Below, in pieces: positions 51,432-60,417 of a stretch of 64,000 nucleotides of DNA. This DNA comes from Muribaculaceae bacterium (lineage in GTDB: Bacteria; Bacteroidota; Bacteroidia; Bacteroidales; Muribaculaceae): positions 5,019-69,018 of the forward strand of contig JAEETL010000005.1 in assembly GCA_016290325.1 (NCBI GenBank). The letters are read 5' to 3'. Every line of letters begins with the position of its first letter. Within the stretch, counting starts at the first letter, position 1. The position numbers and the translations under genes are program-made. Under the pieces are notes generated by a model that had not been told where the DNA came from, made no database searches, and worked only from the letters and a program-made list of their open reading frames with translations.

Positions 51432-53075
51432 ATGGTAACAAACGAAATTTACAAAAAAGAATATGACGTGATCATCATCGGCGGCGGCGCCACGGGCGCC
51501 GGCACGGCGAGGGATTGCGCATTAAGGGGGCTGAGCGTGTTGCTTGTGGAGCGCGACGACTACAGCACTGGAGCCACGGGCCGCAACCATGGCCTGATGC
51601 ACAGTGGAGCCCGATATGCAGTGACCGACGGCGAGAGTGCCGCCGAATGCATCAAGGAGAACATGATCCTGCGCCGCATCGCCCGCCATTGCGTTGAAGA
51701 GACCGATGGCCTGTTCATCACGCTTCCCGAGGACGATTTGGCCTACCAACAGACATTTGTTGAAGCATGTGGCCGCGCCGGCATCCGTGCCGAAGTCATT
51801 GCTCCCGACGAGGCCCGCGCCATCGAGCCGTCAGTGAATCCCGACCTCATCGGCGCCGTTCGTATCCCCGACGCCGCAATCGACCCGTTCCGCCTCACTG
51901 TCGCCAACTTGCTCGACGCCCGCATCAACGGCGCCGAGACACTCAACCACCATGAGGTGGAAGGGCTGATCGTCAACCAGGGCCGGGCTGAGGGCGTGAA
52001 GCTCCACAACAAGCTTAACGGCGAGCACGTTGAGGTGCGTGGTAAGGTTGTGGTAAACGCTGCCGGCATCTGGGGTCAGCGCATCGCCAAAATGGCCGGG
52101 GTAAACATCTCGATGTTCCCCGCAAGGGGCGCGCTGCTCATCTTTGGCCATCGCGTGAACCGCATGGTCATCAACCGCTGCCGCAAGCCGGCCAACGCCG
52201 ACATCCTTGTTCCCGACGACACCGTTTGCGTTATTGGCACGACGAGCGACCGTATCCCCATCGAGACCGTTGACGACATGCGCGTGACACGCGAGGAGGT
52301 CGATGTCCTGCTCAAGGAGGGCATCAAGCTTGCCCCGTCACTCGCCACCACTAGGGTCATCCGCGCATATGCAGGCGTTCGTCCCCTAGTCGCTAGCGAC
52401 GACGATCCCAGTGGCCGCAGCATCAGCCGTGGCATCGTGTGTCTGGATCATGCCAAGCGCGATGGGCTGGAGGGATTTATCACCATCACCGGCGGCAAAA
52501 TGATGACCTACCGACTGATGGGCGAAATCGCCACCAACGCCGTTTGTGCCAAACTGGGCAACTCCAAGCCTTGTATCACGGCCACCCTGCCACTACCGGG
52601 CTCAGAAGATGACGCGCCCAGCCAGAGCGACGCGACAAAACGTTACAGTTTTGGCGAGCGAGCCGCCATAGGCCGCCATGGCTCCCTGGCAGCACGCATC
52701 GAGAAAGACAACGATATAGACAACGCCCTGGTGTGCGAGTGTGAAGGCGTCACTGTGGGTGAGATCAAATATGCCGTACATCAGCTGCACGTTCAGAATC
52801 TGGTGAACCTTCGCCGGCGCACGCGCGTAGGAATGGGCACATGCCAAGGTAAGCTCTGCTCCTGCCGCGCAGCGTCTCTGCTGGGCGAATTCAACCATGA
52901 CGTGAAACGTGCGCAGAAAGACCTTGCCACGTTCCTTGATGAGCGATGGAAGGGCATGAGGCCCGTTGCGTGGGGCGACACCCTGCGCGAAGCACAACTC
53001 ACCGCCGCCATCTACGAGGGCCTGTGCGGATTGGACCAGGCAGTTAGCACCCAAAGAAAGGAGGACGAGCAATGA
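51432..53075 (+). CDS. glpA: anaerobic glycerol-3-phosphate dehydrogenase subunit A
   Basis: FAD fold YDVIIIGGGATGAG, C-terminal BFD-like 2Fe-2S CECEGVT...CQGKLC. Confidence 0.9.
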   Translation: MVTNEIYKKEYDVIIIGGGATGAGTARDCALRGLSVLLVERDDYSTGATGRNHGLMHSGARYAVTDGESAAECIKENMILRRIARHCVEETDGLFITLPEDDLAYQQTFVEACGRAGIRAEVIAPDEARAIEPSVNPDLIGAVRIPDAAIDPFRLTVANLLDARINGAETLNHHEVEGLIVNQGRAEGVKLHNKLNGEHVEVRGKVVVNAAGIWGQRIAKMAGVNISMFPARGALLIFGHRVNRMVINRCRKPANADILVPDDTVCVIGTTSDRIPIETVDDMRVTREEVDVLLKEGIKLAPSLATTRVIRAYAGVRPLVASDDDPSGRSISRGIVCLDHAKRDGLEGFITITGGKMMTYRLMGEIATNAVCAKLGNSKPCITATLPLPGSEDDAPSQSDATKRYSFGERAAIGRHGSLAARIEKDNDIDNALVCECEGVTVGEIKYAVHQLHVQNLVNLRRRTRVGMGTCQGKLCSCRAASLLGEFNHDVKRAQKDLATFLDERWKGMRPVAWGDTLREAQLTAAIYEGLCGLDQAVSTQRKEDEQ

Positions 53076-54319
53076 GAACCGACACCGTCATCATCGGCGG
53101 AGGCTTGAGCGGCCTCACCTGTGGCATCGCGCTCGCTAAGCGCGGTCAACGCGTCACCATCGTCGCCAGCGGCCAGAGTACGCTGCTGTTCAACGGCGGA
53201 TCGATGGAGTTGCTGGGCAATATTGACGGCATAGCAGTCACCACACCGTTGGAAGCCATCGGCACCCTGCCCCAGAGTCACCCTTACAGCAAGATCGGAG
53301 CAGACAAGATCGCCGGACTCGCTGATGAAGCCAAGCAGTTGCTTGCCGACGCCGGCATCGACATGGAAGGCAATGCTTCAGCTAACCACTGGCGCATCAC
53401 CCCAATGGGAGTCGCCAAGCCCGCATGGCTCACACTTAAGGAGAACTTGCGCATTGACGATCTCGACAAGCTGCCCGCCAAGCGTGTGGCTCTGATGTGC
53501 ATCAGGGGCTACTTTGACCAGCCCAATGGCATGTTGGCACAAGGACTGCGTGAACTGGGTTTTGATGTGAAGGCCATTGAATTCACCACCGACGACATCA
53601 CCTCATTGCGCCGCAGCCCTAGCGAGATGCGTGCCACCACCCTTGCTAAGCGACTCATCAGCAATAGCGCCCTACAACGCATAGCCGACCAAATCAACAA
53701 CCTGTCGGACGATGCCGAACTGGTGCTGCTACCTAGCGTATTCGGTCAGACCGACGCCACCGACTTCCAGACCCTGCAGTCAATGGTAAAGAAGCCGCTG
53801 CGCTTTGTTGCCACACTGCCGCCCTCAGTTGCAGGCGGCAGAATCCAAGCGCTGCTTCGCCACTACTTCAAGATGTTGGGCGGCAACTACCTGATGGGCG
53901 ACAGTGCCGTGAGCGGCCAGTTTGACGGCGACAAGTTACTGGGTGTCACCACTGCCAAGTTGGGCGACATGCCACTGAAAGCCAACAATTTCGTGCTCGC
54001 CAGCGGCTCTTTCATTAGCCGTGGACTCGTTGCCAACTACGAGCGCGTTTTTGAGCCCGTTTTTGACCTTGACGTGGATGCCGACGGCGAACGCGAGCAA
54101 TGGACCCGATTCGGCGTGCTTGAACCTCAGGCCTATTCAAGGTATGGCGTTGCCACTGATAACGACTTGCGTTGCATGAAGGATGGCAAACCCATCCAGA
54201 ACCTGCGGGCCATCGGCTCGGTACTGAGCGGTCATGACGCGGTCAAGATGGGTGACGGGACAGGTGTGTCAATGCTGACGGCACTCGCCGTGACTAAAGG
54301 TATCATTAGCGGCAAATAG
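53072..54319 (+). CDS. glpB: anaerobic glycerol-3-phosphate dehydrogenase subunit B
   Basis: DTVIIGGGLSGLTCGIALAKRG. ATGA overlap with glpA. Confidence 0.85.
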   Translation: MRTDTVIIGGGLSGLTCGIALAKRGQRVTIVASGQSTLLFNGGSMELLGNIDGIAVTTPLEAIGTLPQSHPYSKIGADKIAGLADEAKQLLADAGIDMEGNASANHWRITPMGVAKPAWLTLKENLRIDDLDKLPAKRVALMCIRGYFDQPNGMLAQGLRELGFDVKAIEFTTDDITSLRRSPSEMRATTLAKRLISNSALQRIADQINNLSDDAELVLLPSVFGQTDATDFQTLQSMVKKPLRFVATLPPSVAGGRIQALLRHYFKMLGGNYLMGDSAVSGQFDGDKLLGVTTAKLGDMPLKANNFVLASGSFISRGLVANYERVFEPVFDLDVDADGEREQWTRFGVLEPQAYSRYGVATDNDLRCMKDGKPIQNLRAIGSVLSGHDAVKMGDGTGVSMLTALAVTKGIISGK

Positions 54320-54417
54320 AATAGAATCATAGCCGCTTGATCGCCCTACGTCACATAAAGTAAAGATTTAAATAAGACTAGATAAGGATTTGATTGATGA
54401 TTTTTTAATGGGATATT

Positions 54418-55683
54418 ATGGCTGAAAGAATGCAACTCTGCAACATCAGCGACAACAACTTTGAACAGTGCACCAAGTGCAGCATCTGCACCACCGTGTG
54501 TCCGGTTGCCGCTGTGACTACAGATTATCCCGGTCCCAAGCAGGCCGGCCCCGACGGCGAACGCTATCGCTTGAAGGATCACGCCTATTACGACAAGGCG
54601 TTAAAGCTTTGCTTGAACTGCAAACGGTGTGAAGTGGCATGCCCGAGTGGCGTGAACATCGCCGATATCATACAGCACGCCCGCATGAAAGCCGGCGAGG
54701 GTCAACGAGCCAGCCTGCGCGACACGATGCTAGCCAACACCGACCTTTTAGGCATGGTTGCCAACCTGGTTGCACCTGTTGCTAATGCCACGCTAGGTCT
54801 AGCACCTACCAAACTGGTGATGGACAGCGTGATGGCCATTGACAAGCACCGAACCTTCCCCGCCTATAGCCGCACCAAATTCACTACATGGTTTAAGCGT
54901 CATGCCGCTAAGGAACAGGACGCCTACCCTAACCACGTGAGCTACTTCCACGGCTGTTACGTCAACTACAATTTTCCCAAGTTGGGCCAAGACCTGGTCA
55001 AGCTGATGAATGCTGTGGGCTATGGAGTACACCTCCTTGACAAGGAGCAGTGCTGCGGCGTCGCCCTCATTGCCAATGGGTTATATAAGCAGGCTAAACG
55101 CCAGGCACGCACCAACGCCGACAGCATCCGCAAGTCGGTGAAAGACGACCACCTTACTGTTTTGACTACCAGCTCGAGCTGCACGTTCAACCTGCGCGAC
55201 GAATATCCCTCGCTATTAGGCGTTGACACCAGCGACGTGCGTGATGGCATCATGATCGCAACACGATTTATCTATAATCTTGTGGATGAGGAGAAAATAA
55301 AGCTTATTTTCAAGCAAGACTTTAAGAAAAGGATGGCTTATCACACGGCCTGTCACATGCAACGCATGGGCTGGCAACTGTACAGCATCGAACTGCTACG
55401 CAGGATTCCGGGCCTTGACCTGCAGGTGCTGGAACAAGAGTGCTGCGGCATCTCGGGAACTTATGGTTTCAAGAAAGAGAACTACGAGCGCTCCCAGGCT
55501 ATCGGCTCCATCCTGTTCAAGCACATCGAGGACGCCAAGGTCGAAGCAGTCATCACCGACTGTGAGACATGTAAATGGCAGATCGAGATGTCAACGGGCC
55601 TGCCTGTGGAGAATCCCATCAGCGTCCTCGCCGATGCCCTTGATGTGGAAGCCACCCGCCGCGCTAACGGCCTTCAGATATGA
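54418..55683 (+). CDS. glpC: anaerobic glycerol-3-phosphate dehydrogenase subunit C (2x 4Fe-4S, two CCG domains)
   Basis: CTKCSICTTVCP and CLNCKRCEVACP, CCG motifs (EQCCGVA, ECCGISG). Confidence 0.85.
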   Translation: MAERMQLCNISDNNFEQCTKCSICTTVCPVAAVTTDYPGPKQAGPDGERYRLKDHAYYDKALKLCLNCKRCEVACPSGVNIADIIQHARMKAGEGQRASLRDTMLANTDLLGMVANLVAPVANATLGLAPTKLVMDSVMAIDKHRTFPAYSRTKFTTWFKRHAAKEQDAYPNHVSYFHGCYVNYNFPKLGQDLVKLMNAVGYGVHLLDKEQCCGVALIANGLYKQAKRQARTNADSIRKSVKDDHLTVLTTSSSCTFNLRDEYPSLLGVDTSDVRDGIMIATRFIYNLVDEEKIKLIFKQDFKKRMAYHTACHMQRMGWQLYSIELLRRIPGLDLQVLEQECCGISGTYGFKKENYERSQAIGSILFKHIEDAKVEAVITDCETCKWQIEMSTGLPVENPISVLADALDVEATRRANGLQI

Positions 55684-55731
55684 TATCATTTCATTTAATC
55701 AATCAATAACAACTTAAAAACTTTAAGAATT

Positions 55732-57132
55732 ATGGCAAGCTTTTTAGCTCCCCCGGCCTATAAGCCCGAGAGAACCGACGCCAATGTCGATGCCGACTAC
55801 AAGAGACTGCGTTGGCAAGTGTTTATCGGTATCTTTATCGGCTATGCCGGCTTCTATCTTGTGAGGCAGAACATGTCTATGGTGAAACCTCTTTTAACAG
55901 GCACAACCTTTGGATATACAAATGCCGAAGTAGCGACAGCCGCATCTTCCTTATCAATTGCTTACGCATTGTCTAAGTTCTTGATGGGTAGCATCAGCGA
56001 CAGAAGCAATGCGCGTAAATTTCTCCCATTGGGACTTATTTTGACTGCAGTAGCAATGTTCTTTATGATGGTTCCCATCAACATTTGGGGTAAAACTAAT
56101 CATGCATTAACCATTGGCTGCCTAACAGTCTGCAACTTCCTTGTTGGCTGGTTTAGTGGTATGGGTTGGCCTCCATGCGGTCGCGTTCTTGCACATTGGT
56201 TTAGTCCAAAAGAAAGAGGCTCTTGGATGAGTGTTTGGAATTGTGCCCACAATGTTGGTGGCGCCTTAATGCCATTAATGGTACCCCTTGGTGCAGCCGC
56301 TTTCGGTAGTTGGGTGTATGGTCAAGATGAAGAAATGTACACTTTGGTTGGCGCATTTGCTTTCCCGTCTGCTGTTGCAATTCTTGTTGCTATCATAGCT
56401 TATATCTTGATTCGTGACACCCCCCAATCTTGCGGATTACCTGCCGTTGAGAAATGGAGAAATGATTACCCTAAAGGATATAGTGAGAAATCAGAAACTG
56501 TCCTTTCGTTTAAGGAAATTTTCTTAAAATACGTTTTGCCCAACAAATTCTTATGGTTCATCGCATTTGCAAATGTATTTGTCTATATGGTTCGTTACGG
56601 ATGCTTTACATGGGCACCAACGTTCCTGAAAGCTGAGCATGGCTTTGATATCTCTCAAGCCGGTTGGGTTAACAGTTTATATGAATGGGCAGCCATCCCT
56701 GGCACCATCCTTTGTGGCTTTATCAGCGACAAAGTCTTTAATGGCAAACGTGCTATGCCTACTATAATATTTATGGCTCTTGTTGGCATTTTTGTCTTTT
56801 TATATTGGCAATTTAGCAATAACACTATCATGGTATATGTCTGCATGATTGCTATTGGATGCCTCATTTATGGTCCTGTAATGTTAATCGGCGTGCAGGC
56901 TCTTGACCTTGCACCAAAAAATGCAGCTGGTACAGCTGCCGGTCTCACAGGCTTCTTTGGTTACTTCTTTGGAACCGCTATCCTATCCGAATATGTACTT
57001 GGCAAAGTTGCTGATGCATATGGCTGGAACGCGACCTTTGTTTGCCTTTTAATTGCATGTGGTTTATCTATTCTTTTTATGAGTTTAACCTATAAAGAAG
57101 AGAATAAAAAAGCCCTTGAAGAGAAGAAATAA
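55732..57132 (+). CDS. glpT: glycerol-3-phosphate:phosphate antiporter (MFS, organophosphate:Pi antiporter family)
   Basis: YKRLRWQVFIGIFIGYAGFYLVRQN and DRSNARKF signatures, 12 TM helices. Confidence 0.9.
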   Translation: MASFLAPPAYKPERTDANVDADYKRLRWQVFIGIFIGYAGFYLVRQNMSMVKPLLTGTTFGYTNAEVATAASSLSIAYALSKFLMGSISDRSNARKFLPLGLILTAVAMFFMMVPINIWGKTNHALTIGCLTVCNFLVGWFSGMGWPPCGRVLAHWFSPKERGSWMSVWNCAHNVGGALMPLMVPLGAAAFGSWVYGQDEEMYTLVGAFAFPSAVAILVAIIAYILIRDTPQSCGLPAVEKWRNDYPKGYSEKSETVLSFKEIFLKYVLPNKFLWFIAFANVFVYMVRYGCFTWAPTFLKAEHGFDISQAGWVNSLYEWAAIPGTILCGFISDKVFNGKRAMPTIIFMALVGIFVFLYWQFSNNTIMVYVCMIAIGCLIYGPVMLIGVQALDLAPKNAAGTAAGLTGFFGYFFGTAILSEYVLGKVADAYGWNATFVCLLIACGLSILFMSLTYKEENKKALEEKK

Positions 57133-57176
57133 TCATTAAAATCACAATAATTTATTCATTTAAAACCATTTAACTT

Positions 57177-58799
57177 ATGTTTAAAAATCTCGTTAGAGTA
57201 GGTTTGTTGAGCGCCGTTGTGCTCGCGACCTTCACCTCATGTGAGGAAGAACAGCAGTTCACCAATGAGAAGCTTGATGCCAAGCGTGTTGAAGTTCAGG
57301 TGCTGAACGATAACTTGGCCAAGGTGCGTGACTATGTGCCCCTGTACGCAGTCATCGCTCACCGCGGCTCCACCTTCTGGGCTCCCGAGGAGACCGAAGC
57401 ATCATGGCGTTGGGCCCGCGAAATGGGTGCCGACTATCTCGAGAGCGACGTGCAGTGCACCAAGGACGGCATCGTGCTGGCTAACCACGATGAGAACCTG
57501 AAGCGCACCACCAACATCGAGAACGTCTTCAGTGAGAACGTGCCTGCAAGCCGTGTGGACTTCTACATGAGTCTGGGTTTCACCCGCGCTGACGCCGAGG
57601 CACAATACGGCCGCGACATGGCTGCTTTCCGCCCCTTCTACACCCTGAGCTACTATTATGCCGAGCTGCTCATGCTGGATGCTGGTAGCTGGTTTAACGA
57701 GAGCTCGCTGGAGCAGTCCCGTCCCACCTTCAAGGCTACCGAGAACGGTCGCTTTGAGAATGGCCACATCGTTTACAGCAATGGTCTGTACATCAGTGCC
57801 ATCCAGGACCAAATCGCCTATGCCGAGGGCAAACGCCTGGTGCGTGACGCCAATGGCCGCCGCTTGCTCACCTATAAGGTAAAGGACGAGTATCAAGGCA
57901 TGACTCTGCAGCAGATCTACGATGCCATCAAGGCCAAGGGCGAGTACAATGCCAAGTACATGGACTTCATCGAGTACGACTTCGCTAACGCTTATGAGGC
58001 TGACCCCGAGGATACCGGCAACCGTCCCGGCATCTATGTCGAGTTCAAGGAGAGCTGGCTGAACCCCGGCAACATGGAGCAGCGCGTTTATGACGCTCTG
58101 GCCGAGTGTGGCTGGAACATCATCACCAACGATCCCGGTGAGCAGCCCTTCTACAGGAACGGTAAGGTGAACGTGGGTAACACCCGTGGCCGCGTCATCC
58201 TGCAAACCTTCTCGTTTGACGCGCTTCGTCGTGCTAACGACATCTTCAAGGGTCGCATCCCCATGTGCTATCTGCTCTGGATCAGCGAGCCGGCTTATGC
58301 TACCGATATCGCCTATGACACCCCCACCGGCTATGCCGCCTTCATCAAGTGGGCACAGGACAATGGCGCACACATCATCGGTCCGGCCATCAGTGGCGCC
58401 CCCAACAACTATCCTGAGATGAACGCTCCCTGGCAGGCTTACATGATTCGCCGTGCCGGCATGATCAACCATCCCTACAGCTTCGACAGCTGGGCCCAGA
58501 TGTGCAAGTACATGGGCTACTACAACTATGGATGGGAAACCGAGTTTGATGACCTGCTCCGTCTGGAGATTCCCGCTACCCCCTACTGCACCAGCAGTTA
58601 TCCCAACAGTGTTCCCGTCTATATGGACGGCTTCTTCACCAACCGCACCGAGATGTCGCTGCGCTACATGATTGAGAACGGTTTCCGCGGTAACGCTCAG
58701 TTACCCAACCCCTTCCTCGCTGGTCAGAAGTATGACAACTCACAGGCCAATGTCATCGTTCCCGATGCCGTTGCTACCCTCGAGCGTCTGGGTTACTAA
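57177..58799 (+). CDS. glycerophosphodiester phosphodiesterase family lipoprotein (long form, 540 aa)
   Basis: Lipobox TFTSC. GDPD catalytic start VIAHRGSTFWAPEET..YLESDVQCTKDGIVLANHD. Large insertions relative to a minimal GlpQ. Confidence 0.8.
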   Translation: MFKNLVRVGLLSAVVLATFTSCEEEQQFTNEKLDAKRVEVQVLNDNLAKVRDYVPLYAVIAHRGSTFWAPEETEASWRWAREMGADYLESDVQCTKDGIVLANHDENLKRTTNIENVFSENVPASRVDFYMSLGFTRADAEAQYGRDMAAFRPFYTLSYYYAELLMLDAGSWFNESSLEQSRPTFKATENGRFENGHIVYSNGLYISAIQDQIAYAEGKRLVRDANGRRLLTYKVKDEYQGMTLQQIYDAIKAKGEYNAKYMDFIEYDFANAYEADPEDTGNRPGIYVEFKESWLNPGNMEQRVYDALAECGWNIITNDPGEQPFYRNGKVNVGNTRGRVILQTFSFDALRRANDIFKGRIPMCYLLWISEPAYATDIAYDTPTGYAAFIKWAQDNGAHIIGPAISGAPNNYPEMNAPWQAYMIRRAGMINHPYSFDSWAQMCKYMGYYNYGWETEFDDLLRLEIPATPYCTSSYPNSVPVYMDGFFTNRTEMSLRYMIENGFRGNAQLPNPFLAGQKYDNSQANVIVPDAVATLERLGY

Positions 58800-58847
58800 T
58801 CAGGTGTAATAAACATTATCAATAACATTAAATCGACACAATTCAGT

Positions 58848-60191
58848 ATGAAAAAATATATTTTGATGCCTGTTCTGGCAATCTTCGCGCTGGCAGCAGC
58901 CGCTCAGGACTTTGACACCGATCCCACTCTGGAGCTCGAGAACGCTGAGAAGCAAGTGAAGTTCACCGTAGGTGCCCGCATGATGGCCGATGCCGCTTAC
59001 TATCACAGCGACTTCACCCCGCTGCAGAGCGGCGCTTCAATCACCGACGCCCGCATCCGCACCTCGATGACCTATAAGGACTGGTATTTCTATGCTGACT
59101 TCGGCTTTGGTGGCGGCAAATTTGCTCAGAAGAACATCTTCGTGCAGTACAGCACGCTTGACAACAGCGACAACACTCATGCCGTGAAGGTGGGTTACTA
59201 CAACGACCCCGCCGGTTCTATGGCACGCAACACCTCGCTGGGTAGCTATCACTTCATCAGCCGTCCCGGCTCCTCCATGGCGCTGGGTGAAGGCCGTGAA
59301 CTGGGTATCTCCTACAAGTTCAACAACGATCATTTTATGGCCTATCAGGGTGTGTTCACCGAGAATGCCTACAATAAGATCGAAGCCGGCTTCAACGGCG
59401 TGACTGTTGCCGGTCGTTACCTGTTCCGTCCCATCGCCGATGACTTCCAGACCCTGCACGTGGGCGTGAACGCTCGCTACGCACACCTGGGCGGTGGCAC
59501 CGTTTATAACAACGTCCTCAAGAAGACCCTCAGCCTGGGTCAGCCGCTGGAGACCTACGTAGATCAGGACGAGCAGTTCGTCAGCGCAGATCTCGACTGG
59601 GCCAACAACGTGGTGAACCTGGGTGCCGAGGCTCTCTATCGCAACGACAAGTTCTTTGCTCGTGGCGAGTTCTTCTACAAACACGTTACCAAGAAGCGCG
59701 ATAGCTACTCGCTCTACATCGATGCTCAGAACAACATCGACGGTTGGGGCGACATCGAATGGTGGGAGAATGCCAACAAGCTGAAGAACAACAATTTCTT
59801 CGGTGGTTACGTGGAGGCTGGCATCCAGCTCCTTGGCAACGGCTACAAGTACAACTACCAGGAAGGTCTGCTGGGCGGCATGGACGGTAAGTCACTCGAA
59901 ATCGTGGCTCGTTACAACTACACCGGCCTGAACAACCTCACCGATGGTGAGTACTACAACGCTGGTCGTGGCCACTACTATGCTAACGGCTATATGGAGG
60001 ACTGGCCAGGCACTGGTGCAACCAGCGTCGGCGGTGGCGACATCCACAGCATCACCCTGGGTTTGAACTACGCTTTCAACCGCTATGTGCTGTGCATGTT
60101 TGACTACACCTTCCACAAGCTCGACAAGCCCTTCCTTCCCAATGACAAGAACTTCCACGTGGCCCAAGCCCGCGTACAGTTTACTTTCTAA
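58848..60191 (+). CDS. phosphate-selective porin O/P-like outer-membrane porin
   Basis: Signal peptide, beta-barrel pattern, terminal ..QARVQFTF. Confidence 0.65.
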   Translation: MKKYILMPVLAIFALAAAAQDFDTDPTLELENAEKQVKFTVGARMMADAAYYHSDFTPLQSGASITDARIRTSMTYKDWYFYADFGFGGGKFAQKNIFVQYSTLDNSDNTHAVKVGYYNDPAGSMARNTSLGSYHFISRPGSSMALGEGRELGISYKFNNDHFMAYQGVFTENAYNKIEAGFNGVTVAGRYLFRPIADDFQTLHVGVNARYAHLGGGTVYNNVLKKTLSLGQPLETYVDQDEQFVSADLDWANNVVNLGAEALYRNDKFFARGEFFYKHVTKKRDSYSLYIDAQNNIDGWGDIEWWENANKLKNNNFFGGYVEAGIQLLGNGYKYNYQEGLLGGMDGKSLEIVARYNYTGLNNLTDGEYYNAGRGHYYANGYMEDWPGTGATSVGGGDIHSITLGLNYAFNRYVLCMFDYTFHKLDKPFLPNDKNFHVAQARVQFTF

Positions 60192-60279
60192 CCGTTTTGG
60201 GATTCAACTGGAAAGAATAGAATTAACATCTATATACCATCTAGATTAATTATTCAGATTTTTCCTATCAATCACTGTA

Positions 60280-60319
60280 ATCCCGCCTCTCCCGTGATGG
60301 GAACAGGCGGGATTTTTTG
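60280..60319 (+). terminator. terminator of the glp/porin transcription unit
   Basis: ATCCCGCCT...AGGCGGGAT stem followed by TTTTTT. Confidence 0.65.
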
Positions 60320-60417
60320 CCCACATGGAATGTGGCATTAACAAGAAAGGAATGACAAAACGAGCGGCGCGGCCCATTTATATCGGGTCGCGCCGTTATC
60401 GTTATGAGAGACGGTCG

